DNA of 64,000 nt from Euglena gracilis (Eukaryota): the NCBI GenBank assembly GCA_039621445.1, contig CP154954.1, positions 36,441,703-36,505,702 on the forward strand, read 5' to 3'. The notes below the pieces were generated by a model. That model did no database searches. It was not told the origin of the DNA and was given only the letters and a program-made list of their open reading frames with translations. The position numbers were made by a program, and so were the translations under genes. Positions 21,634-33,681 of this stretch are shown here, one piece after another (the stretch's first letter is position 1; every line of letters begins with the position of its first letter).

Positions 21634-22848
21634 ATGGCTGATTCAGGGTGTGGTGAAAAACATTCTTTGGATCAGCCCCCCAGATTTTTGAATCGGACTC
21701 GTTACTCCTGGAGGGAAGGAAAATGTTCAAGGGTTCCCATTTTGCATTCAAACCTGCCACAGCCCAACCCCCCACCATCAGCCCAGCGACCTCAGGCATT
21801 AGATTTATTCGCTGGCACAGGTTCGGTGGGGAGGCGGTTGGCAGAAAGGGGGTATGAAGTTTTGTCAATTGAAAATGCTCCCTGGACGGACTTCCACCCC
21901 CACACAGACATTTTGACCTGGGACTACAGGCGATACCCGGTTGGATTTTTTGAGGTTATTGCCGCTAGTCCCCCCTGTAATATTTATTCCACGGCTTATA
22001 ACCCCAGGCCAAGGGATTTCTCCCAGGCGGATGCCCTGGTGGAGAAAGCCCTGGAAATTATAAATTATTTTCAGCCAAAGTTGTGGTGGTTGGAGAACCC
22101 CCGCACTGGTCTTTTGCGAAATAGGGAGGTGGTGAAAAACCTGCCCTATATCGACATTGATTATTGTCAGTTTTCGGATTGGGGTTATAAAAAGCCCACA
22201 CGCTTCTGGTGCTGCCCAGCCATTTCACAACTACGGTCGGTGTTGTGTGATGGCGAATCGTGTCCTAACCTGGTGATGGGGGACAATGGGCAGTTCCGGC
22301 ACCGTGAATTGTTGGGGGGCAGAAAAATGAAGTTTACCCCCCGACAAAAAGGAAGAATACCCCCCCTGGTGATTGATTATCTCCTAAGTGCTGGGGATTT
22401 TCTGGGGGGGCAGCCCAAAGAAATTTCCCAAAATTCCCAGGATTTTGAGGAATGGGAAATTCCAGACCGTTGTTGTCATTTGGCCAACACCTTGAAGGTT
22501 AATCAGGTGTTGCCCATTGAAAACGAGCTGCAACTTTTGATGCTATCACAGACGTATCTCCCTAACGGAGATACCAAGCAGCTCAAAGTTTTGGTGGACA
22601 CGGGAGCCCAGGTGAACCTGGTCAAAAGGTCCATCGTTCCAAAACATTTGGCCAGGTCACCACGAATGCCTATTCGGCTGGTGGCTGCCAATGGCCAATG
22701 TGTTTTGGGGGGCGACCAGTGTATTAAGTTGGAGTTGGGTTTTCAACGCAGGGGTACGGGGCAGGGGGGCACCCAGGCCTTGTACCTCGAAGGGGAATTC
22801 TACCTCGCGGATATTGAGGTAGATGCTATATATCATTTCCATGGTTAG
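21634..22848 (+). CDS. C5-cytosine DNA methyltransferase fused in frame to a retroviral-type aspartic protease
   Basis: Motif I LDLFAGTG, motif IV SPPC, motif VI LENP, motif VIII-like YKKPTRFW; then VLVDTGAQVNLV (22597). Confidence 0.9.
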   Translation: MADSGCGEKHSLDQPPRFLNRTRYSWREGKCSRVPILHSNLPQPNPPPSAQRPQALDLFAGTGSVGRRLAERGYEVLSIENAPWTDFHPHTDILTWDYRRYPVGFFEVIAASPPCNIYSTAYNPRPRDFSQADALVEKALEIINYFQPKLWWLENPRTGLLRNREVVKNLPYIDIDYCQFSDWGYKKPTRFWCCPAISQLRSVLCDGESCPNLVMGDNGQFRHRELLGGRKMKFTPRQKGRIPPLVIDYLLSAGDFLGGQPKEISQNSQDFEEWEIPDRCCHLANTLKVNQVLPIENELQLLMLSQTYLPNGDTKQLKVLVDTGAQVNLVKRSIVPKHLARSPRMPIRLVAANGQCVLGGDQCIKLELGFQRRGTGQGGTQALYLEGEFYLADIEVDAIYHFHG

Positions 22849-23254
22849 CCGAACATGGTTTGGGTGTGTTCCCACACCATAAGGCTTTGGTTTTTGACAA
22901 CCCTAATCTGACTTTCTTGTACGGGTGGGATACAAGAAATCAGAAACGGAAATCCCATAAGGGGAAGAAAAAACACAATTCACAAAAAAGAATTGGGGTT
23001 GTGGTTTCTGACTTCGGAGAATCCCCTGAAAACGCACCAACCACGGAGTCCCTTGAAAATGAAAAGGTGTGGTTGGACCTGCAAAAAATGAATTTGCACC
23101 TACCCTTGCAAGGCTTTGATATGCAACCAAAATTCCTTGGCAAGAAGGAATTGCATACCATAGCTCAGCATCTCACCGAATCACCAGCCGAGGACAAGGC
23201 AGTGAATGCCATAATCAGGCTCGCGACTCGGGTGAGAAGGAGGACCCCAGGGTA

Positions 23255-24117
23255 GTGGCATTTCGGAACAGAATTTTTCAGGATTTTGAAGGGGAGGTGT
23301 TGGGTACGGAGGTACCCCCTGACCCTCCCGTTCGGGGACCTTATGGGTACGCCCAGATTCCTCTGAAGGAGGGGGCTGTACCCACAAGGCAAAAACCTTT
23401 GTCTTACATGGTGAAAGATTTGAAGCTCACAAAAAGGTCACACAGGAATGGTGGGACCGGAAATTTGTTGAGCGTTTGCCCAAGGGAACAGTTTCGGAAT
23501 GGCTGTCCGTAACATTTGTAGTGCCGAAAAAAGGAGGCGAATGGAGGGGAGTGGTAGACATGCGGGGGCCTAACAGTCAAACTAGGCGTGTGTCCTACCC
23601 CCTTCCCGTAATTGAAGACCTCCTGGTAAAACAAGGTGGAAACATGATGTTTTCCATCTTGGATTTACGGCAGGCTTTCCACCAACAGCCGTTGGACCCG
23701 GAAAGCCGGCCCATCACATGTTGTAGTACCCCCCTCGGTCTTTTTCAGTGGAGGGTTAATGTGATGGGTCTAACAAACGCAAGCCATCATGTTCATCAAA
23801 TGATGGAGGATCGCCTCTTCCCGGTGGGGGACGTGGCTGATCCTTACATCGACGACATTTTGATTGGAACTCGAGTGGGTCCTGGTGAGGATTTACTCGC
23901 AGCACATGACAAGGATTTGCGAAGAGTCCTTGAAGTTTTACGAAAAGACAGATTTGTAGCCGACAAAAGAAAATGCCGTCTTTTCGTAAAAGAAGTTGAG
24001 TTTTGTGGCCATGTTCTGGGTGGTGGGGTGAGAAAACCATCCCCTGGAAAGCTAATGGCCATTGAAAAATGGGAGCTACCCCAAACAATCACGGGTCTAC
24101 GTGCTTTTTGGGGTTGA
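23255..24117 (+). CDS. pol: Ty3/gypsy reverse transcriptase (frameshifted)
   Basis: VPKKGGEWRGVVDMRGPN, LDLRQAFHQ, MGLTNA, YIDD (23845), VEFCGH. Confidence 0.92.
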
Positions 24118-24830
24118 CAAATTATTACAGCTCCTATGTGAAGGATTACGCCCACATTGTCGCTTGCCTTCAAGATAAGCTCAAAGTTTCTCGAGTGGAC
24201 GGCAAGAAGGGTTCCAAGAAAAGGATTTCTTGGGAACCATCCGACATTGAGGCATTTGAAAAAATTAAATCACTGTTGTGCAGTGAATTAATTTTACAAC
24301 ACGTTAAGCCAGACAAACCATTTGTTTTAAGAGTGGATGCCAGCCAGTATGCGGTTGGTGCCACCCTTGAACAATTGGTTGGGGAGGATAGGGCTCCTAC
24401 TCCTGAAGACGTACGGGCCAAGCGTACTGTGCCTGTCGCCTTCATGAGTAGGAAGCTAACGGGCAGCCAAAGAAACTGGGTACCTAGGGAACAGGAGACT
24501 TATGCCATAATCCTAGCCTTACAAAAGTGGGAATCATGGATTGGGCTGCAGCCCGTCCTGGTTCTCACGGACCACAAGGCTCTAGAATCTTGGGCTAGAG
24601 AGGTTCTAGACACACCAAGTGGTCCCATTGGGAGAAGGGCTAGGTGGCATCAGATTTTATCAAAATTTGACTGTCGGTTGGGTATATCCCGGGGCGGGAG
24701 AATACCATAGCCGATTTGTTGTCAAGATGGGCTTACCCGGCCTCCCAAGCCTTGAAGGACATTTCAAGGCATGGGTCAGCCCTTGACACCGAGGAAATGA
24801 GGGAAATCATTCAAACAGAAAAAATGGAGG
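24069..24830 (+). CDS. pol: RT connection and RNase H (frameshifted)
   Basis: FLGLTNYY, VDASQYAVGATL, EQETYAII, TDHKAL, ADLLSR. Confidence 0.9.
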
Positions 24831-25002
24831 AAGCCGAATGTATGTGGCTACGGTTGGTGGACCAACCAACCACAGCCAACACATACATTCGTGGAGTCAC
24901 CACACGGGGTGGTGCTACCACGGGGTCCGGGGACGCGGGTGGACGGTGCACACGACCGGGGGATAGGAAGTCAGAACCACTTGGAGGAACAAAACCCCAG
25001 GG

Positions 25003-26784
25003 TTGGGTTCAACCTCCACCCCCAAGGGAGAAAAAGGAAAACATGTTTCATTCTCAACTCGGGTTGACGAGTTTGGGAATGAGACAAGTCTTGTGGAGGA
25101 GGTCCAAGAGCCAAGGGGGGAGCATTTTCCATTGACACCCACTTCTATACCAGCTTCGCCAACAATGCCAACCCCTGAACCTGCTGCCGCGGCTACCACT
25201 GAGGTACCTGGGGCAGACCGAGAATCACCTGTGTTGTCTTCAGGTGGTTTGAGTGGTGAGGGGGGGGAAGCCACTTCTACAACCGATTCCTCACCCATCC
25301 CCCCTGGTTCTGTGTGGGATTTATCGTGGAAGGAGGAATATTTAAAATGTCCCCGTTGGTCACCAATTTTTCAGGCTACCCAGGATTCAAAGGTGCCGTG
25401 GCCTGAAAATATCAAGGTTTTTGGTGACAAAATGTTTTTCGAGGAGAGGCTTTGTGTGCCCAAATCTCTCCAAGAAAAACTCATTCGGGATCACCACTCA
25501 TACCAAGGGCATGTGGGATTCCCAAGGCTGTGGGAATGCATGTCCCTTAGGTATGATTGGGCTGATTCCTCACTCGCTCGAGATTTTGCTAAAGGAGTCA
25601 TGGGCCTTTGTGGGACTTGCCAAGCGTGCCGAAGGCCGGCGAGTCTTAAGGGTTTAGTGGAATCTACACCCATACCCCCAGCCGTAATGTATTCGGTGGC
25701 CCTTGACATGTTTAGCATGCCTCTCGTGGAGTGGGAAGGCAATTCTTACGACTCCATGCTTGTGTGTGTGGATCGTCACTCCGGTTGGATAGTGGCGATC
25801 CCCCACCTAGCAAAAGGATTTACGGGAGCCAAGGCAGCCAAGCAAATGCTGTTGCATGCTTGGCGACCTTTTGGCGTCCCTTCCATTATTACTTCCGATC
25901 TAGGCTCACACTTTGTCGCCGGTTGGTGGCAGACAATGTGTGCCTTGATGGGAATTAGGCAAGCCTACTCCCAGGCCTACCATCACCAGGCGAATGGTAG
26001 GGCGGAGAGGGCTGGCCAACAAATAATGGAACGGCTCAAAAAAATTCAGGTTGAGGACAAGTTGAATTGGGTTGAAGCCCTCCCCCAAGCACTAGATCGT
26101 ATCCATGATACGCCGGGGGAGAGTGGCCTAAGCCCATTTCAAATCTTGTTCGGTCGACACCATTCATTGGGCGGTCTACCTTATGAACCGTTAAGGGATT
26201 GTGAAGATGCCAGGTCATTTTTCTCTCGGCAAAGAGAAATTGATTTGGTAGTGGCTGGCAAAATGAATAATTTGCATGCCAAGCAATGTGCTCGGGCCAA
26301 CCGTGGTTTAGACGGTTGGGAGCCATTGGAGGTGGGGAATCTGGTGTGGTACCTGAGACCCCCCGATAGTGGCACAAAATTGGATTCCCGTTGGTTGGGC
26401 CCTTGCAAGGTTACCGCAAGGGAGGGAATTCATTCTTACCTGATTGAGGTTAAACCGGGCTATATTATGAAGGCCCATCGGAAGGCTTTGAAGGTGTATG
26501 TGGAGGACCCCACATCCGATAAGCCTATCCCCCTGTTTTTCCACCGGCGGACGGTACCTGAGGCGGAAGGTGCCCCAGATACCTGGTTAGTGGATAAAAT
26601 CCTAAACCACAAATTCGTTAAGGGAAAAATGTTTTTCTTAACGAAGTGGCAAGGGTTTGAGGAAGCGAATTGGGAACCGGTGGAACATTTTTTCCAGGAG
26701 TACAATGGCGACGTAATAGCGTATTGCCTGGGAAAAGGGTTGCCGTTAGATGTCTCTAAGGATTTAAAGGCAACGGCAACCTGA
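25003..26784 (+). CDS. pol: Integrase with C-terminal chromodomain
   Basis: HHCC zinc domain; D (VALD), D (TSDLGSHF), E (GRAER); WLGPCKV; chromodomain WLVDKILNHK...FLTKWQGFEEANWEP. Confidence 0.93.
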   Translation: MGSTSTPKGEKGKHVSFSTRVDEFGNETSLVEEVQEPRGEHFPLTPTSIPASPTMPTPEPAAAATTEVPGADRESPVLSSGGLSGEGGEATSTTDSSPIPPGSVWDLSWKEEYLKCPRWSPIFQATQDSKVPWPENIKVFGDKMFFEERLCVPKSLQEKLIRDHHSYQGHVGFPRLWECMSLRYDWADSSLARDFAKGVMGLCGTCQACRRPASLKGLVESTPIPPAVMYSVALDMFSMPLVEWEGNSYDSMLVCVDRHSGWIVAIPHLAKGFTGAKAAKQMLLHAWRPFGVPSIITSDLGSHFVAGWWQTMCALMGIRQAYSQAYHHQANGRAERAGQQIMERLKKIQVEDKLNWVEALPQALDRIHDTPGESGLSPFQILFGRHHSLGGLPYEPLRDCEDARSFFSRQREIDLVVAGKMNNLHAKQCARANRGLDGWEPLEVGNLVWYLRPPDSGTKLDSRWLGPCKVTAREGIHSYLIEVKPGYIMKAHRKALKVYVEDPTSDKPIPLFFHRRTVPEAEGAPDTWLVDKILNHKFVKGKMFFLTKWQGFEEANWEPVEHFFQEYNGDVIAYCLGKGLPLDVSKDLKATAT

Positions 26785-28039
26785 AAAAGGGGGAAAGGAG
26801 AGGTGAAAAAGGGCCTGGAGTGGTTGCCTGGGGGGGGGGGTCCCATTCTATGCCCCTTCACAGATGCAGGTGGACCCCATCACAAGGGCTGAGGCCCTGG
26901 GAAAAATGACGGGAGTTTCCTCGTCATTGGTTTCATTTTTTTTTTTTTTTTTTTCATTCACCACCACACCCTGGTTTGGGTGAGGCTGGTGTGGGCAATC
27001 GAGGACATTTCATTGCCCCTGTTGATTTTTCTGTCATTTTCCATTGAACTCCCGTGAAAGGATTTCAAGGGTGAATGAAAGATTCTCGTGGCTAGGCGGA
27101 AACTAGCCCGGGATCTTATTTTTTGCACGGGTGGGTGATTTCCAATCAAAGGATCCCACCCTGGAACGGGAAGGGAGATTGCCAACAACAACAAAAGCGA
27201 AACGTTGAATGAGTGCATGATTGCCACCCGTTTTGTTTATGTTGTTGTGGGTGGATTCCGGTTTGGAAGTTTCACCAAAAATTCTTAAAGAGGACAAACC
27301 ACCGGAAGCACAACCGAGGGTTTGTTCTTTTAACAACCTTCTCCAAGTATTGGAGGGGGGGGGGGTTAATGACAATGTGGCTTTGAGGTTGCCCCGTCGG
27401 TTTGGCTGGGCTAAGCCACATTGCTAAATTTTCGGTGTGCATGGTTTGCCACCACACTAAGGGAAGGCAAACCGGCACCCAAGGAAGACGCCGAAGCCCA
27501 TCGACTTGAACAACAACAAAAATTGTCGAGTCAATGGCTTTGGCGACCATCACCACTTGGGGGCATTATTGCCCGTCCACCGTCATGGTGTTGAATTTAT
27601 CCATTGGTGATGGTGTATTGTTGTATTATTGGGATTTTGGTTGTATTTTTGGTGTGGTCCCGTTTCGTCTGCCTACTCAGGTCCATCAACAAGGCTGAAG
27701 CAGCTGATTTTTGGTATTGATGGACGAGGAGGTGGAGTTGATGTGTGAGCATGCGGAGATGGTAACTTTGCCGTCTGCCGTTTGCAACTCGCTCTGACCA
27801 CTACACCTGTTTTCGCACCTGTTTTCAAGAAAGAGGAATCTGTGATTTTTCATTTCTCCCTTCTCACGGGTCGGTGACACTCGTGGGGGAGTCCTTTTCT
27901 CCAATCGGTTTGATTGGGTTGTACAATCATACCCCCCACCTTTGGGCAAGTGGAGCCCGAAACCCCGGTTAGCTTGATCGGGGGGGGGGGGGCGTGTTAT
28001 CACTTCCAAAAAAAAAAAAGAAGTGAGTGGTCTTCTTCA

Positions 28040-28430
28040 ACCTCCCCACCGGGGGGGGGGGGCAAGGCAAGCCCTCCCTTTGCCCGGGGGGGGGGGGGGG
28101 GTTGCCCAAGGCTTTCCCCTCGGGGGGGGGGGGGGCAAGGCAAGCCCTCCCTTTGCCCGGGGGGGGGGGGGGGGGGCGGTTGCCCAAGGCTTTCCCCTCG
28201 GGGGGGGGGGCAAGTCAAGCCCACCTCTCGCCGGGGGGGGGGGCAATCTTCTCCCCAAGTCTTTCCCCTCGGGGGGGGGGGGGGCAAGTCAAGCCCACCT
28301 CTCGCCGGGGGGGGGCAATCTTCTCCCCAAGTCCTTCCCCTCGGGGGGGGGGGGCAAGTCAAGCCCACCTCTCGCCGGGGGGGGGGGGAAGCTTATCCCC
28401 AAGGCCTTCCCCTCGGGGGGGGGGGGCTGA
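28040..28430. repeat. G/C-run tandem repeats (~60-bp units) in the 3' internal region of the LTR element
   Basis: Repeated GGCAAGGCAAGCCCTCCCTTTGCCC and GGCAAGTCAAGCCCACCTCTCGCC units separated by G-runs. Confidence 0.85.
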
Positions 28431-28780
28431 TTTGCATCTATCGCCGAAAGGATTTTTGGTGATAATGAACCCTCCATTCCCTTCACGGTTGGGAATACCG
28501 TGGGGGGGGGGGGCTGATTTTTATCCATTCAAGAAAGGATTTTTTTTGAGTGGTGTTGGACCCCCATTTCCTTTCACGGTGGTGAGAACCGTGGGGGGGG
28601 GGCTCGGTGTGGTGGAACGGGATCTATGGGTTATAGATTCCTCCTCACCGTTACGCCACCACCTATGCACGTTGCCGAACAATGTTGTCGCAATTGCGTT
28701 GCAAAAATTCAAAGTGTCTTTCATTCCCATCCCAAGGAAAGCGAGAAGGAGGGGGGGTGAAACCCCCGACTTTCGTCGCA

Positions 28781-28790
28781 AGGGGGGGAG
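28781..28790 (+). promoter_or_regulatory. Polypurine tract
   Basis: AGGGGGGGAG immediately before the 3' LTR. Confidence 0.85.
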
Positions 28791-29906
28791 TGACGACCTT
28801 TTGAGGTCGACCGCCGGGCGGCGGAGTTTTTCCCTTTTAGAAGGCCTTTTGAGGGCGGTTTTGCTCTAATTTTAAGGCTTTCTAAAGATTTTTATTAAAA
28901 TTCCCTCTCCTAGGGCGCCCATGGTTTGGTTGTGCAAGGAGAGAGATTGAGTGATGCTAGGTAATCCCAAGGGGTGATTTTGGGTTTATTTAGCACAATT
29001 TAAGCTTTTTATGCATTTTTCCTTTGGTTTTAAGGGAAAATGTTGGATTTGGTGAGAGCGCTTGCAAGCGCTTGGATCAGATTTTTCTGAGATTGGCGCC
29101 TGAGTTCCTGGAGTTTTTGCAGGGGTTTGCAAAGCTCAATAATGATGGAATTCAGCATGATTTATCAAAATCAAGGGGGGAAACCTTGATTTTGACATGG
29201 GTTGGTTGATTTTGATGCAATGGGCAAGGATTTGGGATTTGAGAGCGCTTAGGAATCAGCGCACTCAATCCTAAATTTAACTGCCCATCAAGGGCATCAA
29301 AATCACATTCCTCTTCACAGGGTTTTCCTCTATTTTCCTCTTCACTTGTTTCACCATTGCATTTGTTGTGTCAATTACAACCAATTACATTCAATCATTG
29401 AACTTGGATTTACAATTGGAATTGCAAATGGAAGGACAACAAATCAATCAAGAAAGCTCAATTGAAGAAGGTGAGGTTTGTCTTCCCCCCACCTCATCTG
29501 TGGGAAAAGGGGCAGGGGGGTGGGTCTCTTCAACTCAGGCAACCACAGGCCAAATTTCACCCCAAAACCCCCTTTTTGGCCCAGAAACGGTGAGAAATGA
29601 CACCCAGGGGGGGGTGTTGGCTCTCACTGGTTCAGCTGAGCAGGGAGGGGTTGAAACCCCAAAGGCACCCCCCTTGGAGATCCCAGTGACACCCCCGTCA
29701 GGGGTCGGGGAGGGTCCACTGGGAAGTTCCTCCTTGGAAATGATGGCCCAGTTTCGGCCACAGGGGGGGCCAGAATGGGAAAAAATTTCCGACACAAGTC
29801 GGCTCGAGGAGCCAGAAAACGATCCTACGCCGGAAACTGGCCCGGGGCGGGGGTTTCCGCTTCACCCCAGTGCTGCCGGGGGACATGGCAGCACGGGGGT
29901 GAAACA
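28791..29906 (+). repeat. 3' LTR (1116 bp)
   Basis: Direct repeat of 16691-17809. Confidence 0.95.
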
Positions 29907-32279
29907 TCCGGCGAGTGGCGGGCAAGTGCCTTCCCCATTCTGAAGCGGTGACGATAGAGTTGGCAGCCCCACAACCGCGGCAGTGCGGGGTGGGAGTGCG
30001 CAACGCCGCCGAGATGGTGGGCATGCGCCTGCAACGCTGCGTCTAGCCAAGCCACCTCCAAGGGGACAACGACTACGTGGTGTTGCAGGTGGATATGCGC
30101 AATGCCTTCAACTCCACCAGCAGGGATGCAATGCTCCGGGGGTGCTTGGCCAAGGTACCCACGGCGTACAACTGGCTGCGCTTTTGCTACAGTGGATTAA
30201 GTCCGTTGTTTTGCCAAGGGCGCTTCCTATGTACAAGCCAGATCGGAATGCATCAATGCGACGCATTGGGCTTTGCACTGGGCTTGGACTACGCCCTTGA
30301 CTAGTGATTTGCCCGGGACTTGGCATGGGAGCCTTGGTACCTCGACGACGGCCACATCGTGGGGAAACCAGCGTTGGCGTTGGCCCGCCTCCATGGCCTC
30401 GGCACGGTCTGGGAGCGAGTAGGCCTCCACCCCAATTTGGCCAAGTGCAAATTTTGGGGACCTGGGATGCAAACGGTCAATCAAGCCGGGCCACATTACC
30501 CAGAAGGTTTGGCAAAAGGCCACTTGGGACGACAAGTGCCCATGATTCCCTTTGGAGGACCGAAGGGCATCACGACCCTGGCCGTCCCAATTGATGCCCC
30601 GCGGGAGCATCGCACAGCACAAGAGGACACGCCAAGAGCACCGCAATGCCAAGCTGTATAGGAAGAGACCGTGGACATGGCGACCTTGCTCTTGGAACGG
30701 CTCAGGGGATACCCAGAGGGGCAAGTGCGGCACGCACTTTTGCGGTAGTGTCTTGACGGATGTCTGGTGGTCCAGCTCCTCCGATCAACAGAGAGAGAAA
30801 ACACACGGGACTCCCCGCTCATTCTCAGGGCACGGCTGCAGGAAGCCATACAAGATCCCCTCGGACTGGGAATCACCGAAAGTTCATGGGATCAGGTCTC
30901 CCTGCCCCTCCGCCAAGGAGGACTCGGAATCTCGGACCCCGAAGTGTTGCAACCCGCGGCACGTATGGCGGCCTTGCTGAACCTGGGGATGCACGGCAGC
31001 CAAGCGGTGGGGGTGCCAGCCTCGGCGTTGGCAACCCCATCCCCGGACATGCAAGACATGGTACAACGGTTGCGGCAACAGCTTGGCCCCAACATGGATC
31101 CCGTGGCCAGCTGGCTCGCGGGCACCACCCCACTCTCCTCCGCAGCACCAGAACACGCCACCCAACGGTGGTGGGCTTAGAAAGTGGCGTAAAAGCAGAG
31201 CCAGCGAGTGGACGCGGTCGGCTCTGCCAGGGACCGGGTGAGACGGGCTTGCCAAAAGGGACCGGTGGCAACAGGATGGCTGCAGACTTTGCCCAGCAAG
31301 GCACAGCACACAGCTTTCTCGGACACCCAATACTAGCTGCTACTGCGGTGGTGGCTTGGCCTGCCCATCCTCCCTTCAGGGGTCACGTTGCCGGGGTGGT
31401 CCCGTGTCCCGGGGTCACTTCGTCTGCTGCGAGCAGAAAGGAAATACCCAACGGCACAATGCATTCCGAGATGCTTTTGCGGCGATGTGTGCCTGGTACA
31501 ATATTGCGGCGGAGAAGGAGGTAGAGTGTTTGGCGAACAAAAGACCAGCCGATGTTCTCCTCATCAACATGTCACGGGAGCAACAAGTGGCAGTCGATTT
31601 CGTCTACAGCCACCCCGTGGGGCTGAGAGAGCACCCACTGGTGGTGGACAATGCCCGCAGGCATTGCAACCAGGTGGAAACCAGGAAAGTGCAAAACGGA
31701 TGGGCCCCTTCAGCAAAGGGGTGGAGCTTCTCACCCTTCGGCCTGAGCACATGGGGAGGCCTGGGTACCTCTGCCAAGGCGGTGCTGTCTGAGGTCACCA
31801 AAATGGCCACCGCAGACATGCGGGGATGGCAAAGACAAGGGCCCTGCAAGAAATGCAGGTAGCATTATCGGAGACACTCATGCGCCACGTGGCGCGGAAG
31901 CTATCCGCCAGGGACCGCGTGGAGGAGGCCCTGCACCCATGGTAAGTCCCCAACTCCCACCGCAGACCACACCAAAAGCGAGCAAGACCAAGACCAAGAG
32001 GGCCACAACCCACAAAGTGCGGAGGTTCACCACGGAAACACCTCCCCCCCCCCCAAAACGCGGCCCCCCGCACAAAAAAAACCAAATAAAAGAGAAGCCG
32101 CCAAAAAAAAAGAGCCCACACGCCAGGCGAAAGGTATCCGGCCAACGAGGCGACAAAGGGGAGTGGAGCCGGCAAAAGCAAGACACACGCAAAGTGTAGC
32201 CCGCCCGACCTGGACTCCACAAGGTGAGAAGAGAGTGCACGCGCGACCCAGCAAGCCGGCTATCGCCCCTAAAAAAAAA
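29907..32279 (+). pseudogene. 3' part (RT-RLE-3'UTR) of the second CRE-like element, with many stops
   Basis: VDMRNAFNS, WYLDDG, LRQGGLGI, HFVCC..RHN, RPADVLL..VAVD; the A-run at 32271-32279 is taken as the approximate end. Confidence 0.85.
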
Positions 32280-32906
32280 GTTCTCACGCTCTCCCAGTTA
32301 TTTTTCTTCGCTTTGTTGGCGTGGGCTTGCTGGTGTTTCATAAGCAAAGGGATCAAGACGAGGAAACAAGGAAGCTGAGGTGAGGGTTTCAGCCGTGAAG
32401 CAAGTATAGTCAATCGGTAAGAAATTTAACAGGTGTGGTTGAGATGATGGGGGCATCAACGCGTCTCTTCGAACAATTTGAGCTTGAATTGCTGTTGGGC
32501 TGATAAACTAAAAGACCAAAAATACAGGACATTTTGGGAATCTTTTGGAACCATTTCCGAAAGGGTGGCCCTTTTTTGTTGGCTTGAAATAAATTCCATT
32601 TCCACAGGATTTTCGCTGAAATCGCCAGTGAAGGACCCTTCGTTCTCAAAGCCACGCTATTCCGCCAACAGAGATTCTTCCCCAACAATGTCAAAACTTA
32701 AAACTTGGCAGCGGGTCGGCATGCGTGGGGGCAACGGAGGTTCGTCGACCGGGTCTCTGGGGTACGCTGGCCTGCAGGGTAGGTACGCGCTGTGGGGGGA
32801 GCGATTGGGTGGTGGACGGTGGGGCAGGGGAAAGGATGCGCAGTAGAGCGCATCCCTCGCTGACGCGGATCGCACGGAGACGGGGCGGGCGAAAATGGAA
32901 TGGAAA

Positions 32907-33147
32907 CTCGTACTCCCTCGGGGAGGACCGTCAAGGGAGGAAGGGAGACCGAGGGCGGAGCACAAAGACATTTTGAGCCCGACCCCCCCCCCTCCCATTG
33001 AAAAAAATTGCCTTCAAACGCCCTCGGCCAGAAAGTGGGGCTAGGGGGGAAGAGGAGGGGGGACCCCTACAGAGGAAGAGAAAGCACCATTGTCGCCACG
33101 AACAAGGCATGGCCTCACAATTGTCAAAGTGCGTTGCCCGGCGTGTC
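32907..33147 (-). mobile_element. Diverged miniature DIRS-end derivative
   Basis: Similar to the reverse complements of the DIRS right end and left end, with no ORFs. Confidence 0.55.
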
Positions 33148-33681
33148 CTTCGACGTTAAAGGCGCCGGGTGAATCGGGTCGATCGCAGCACCTTCGGGGA
33201 TAAACTGCTTTCTAGCCGGGCCTCTGTTGAGGACACCTCGGGCTCCGCACTTTGCCCTTGTGAGGCCATGCCTTGCTCGCCGGCGGTGTTGTTTGGATTG
33301 TTTGGGTGCGTTGGGTTAGGAGTCCCTGCTTAGTGCCTTTTTTTCGCCGGAGTTGGCTGATTCATAATTTGCTCTTCGACAACCCAGAAGAAAGGAACTT
33401 CAATTCAAAGAAGCTGCTTATTGAATTTCAAAGAATTGAACCAATCAAATTATCCGGAAGGTGACACTCGTGGAGAATATCGAATCCAATTTTGTTGACA
33501 TATTCAAGACTTCAATGAGAAATGCAATTGTCAACACGAAGAAGAGCGTCGCTGAACAACAAGAACTGGCTGCAGCCACAGCTGGACGACCTGACGGCGC
33601 GGTACAACCGTGGCGATCCGTGGCTGTCCCTCCCACCCCAGAAAAAGTTTCTGAAAAACCACCCAGTGACAGCCACAGAAT

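Larger units (their letters stand above)
16691..29906 (+). mobile_element. Ty3/gypsy chromodomain LTR retrotransposon carrying a C5 DNA methyltransferase
   Basis: Near-identical LTRs, PBS, PPT, gag with CCHC, and pol in the order DNMT-PR-RT-RH-IN-chromodomain. Confidence 0.95.

Noticed and set aside
27914-28869. Plus-strand Gly-rich or env-like ORFs
   Set aside because: They arise from G-run repeats and show no signal peptide or transmembrane organisation.
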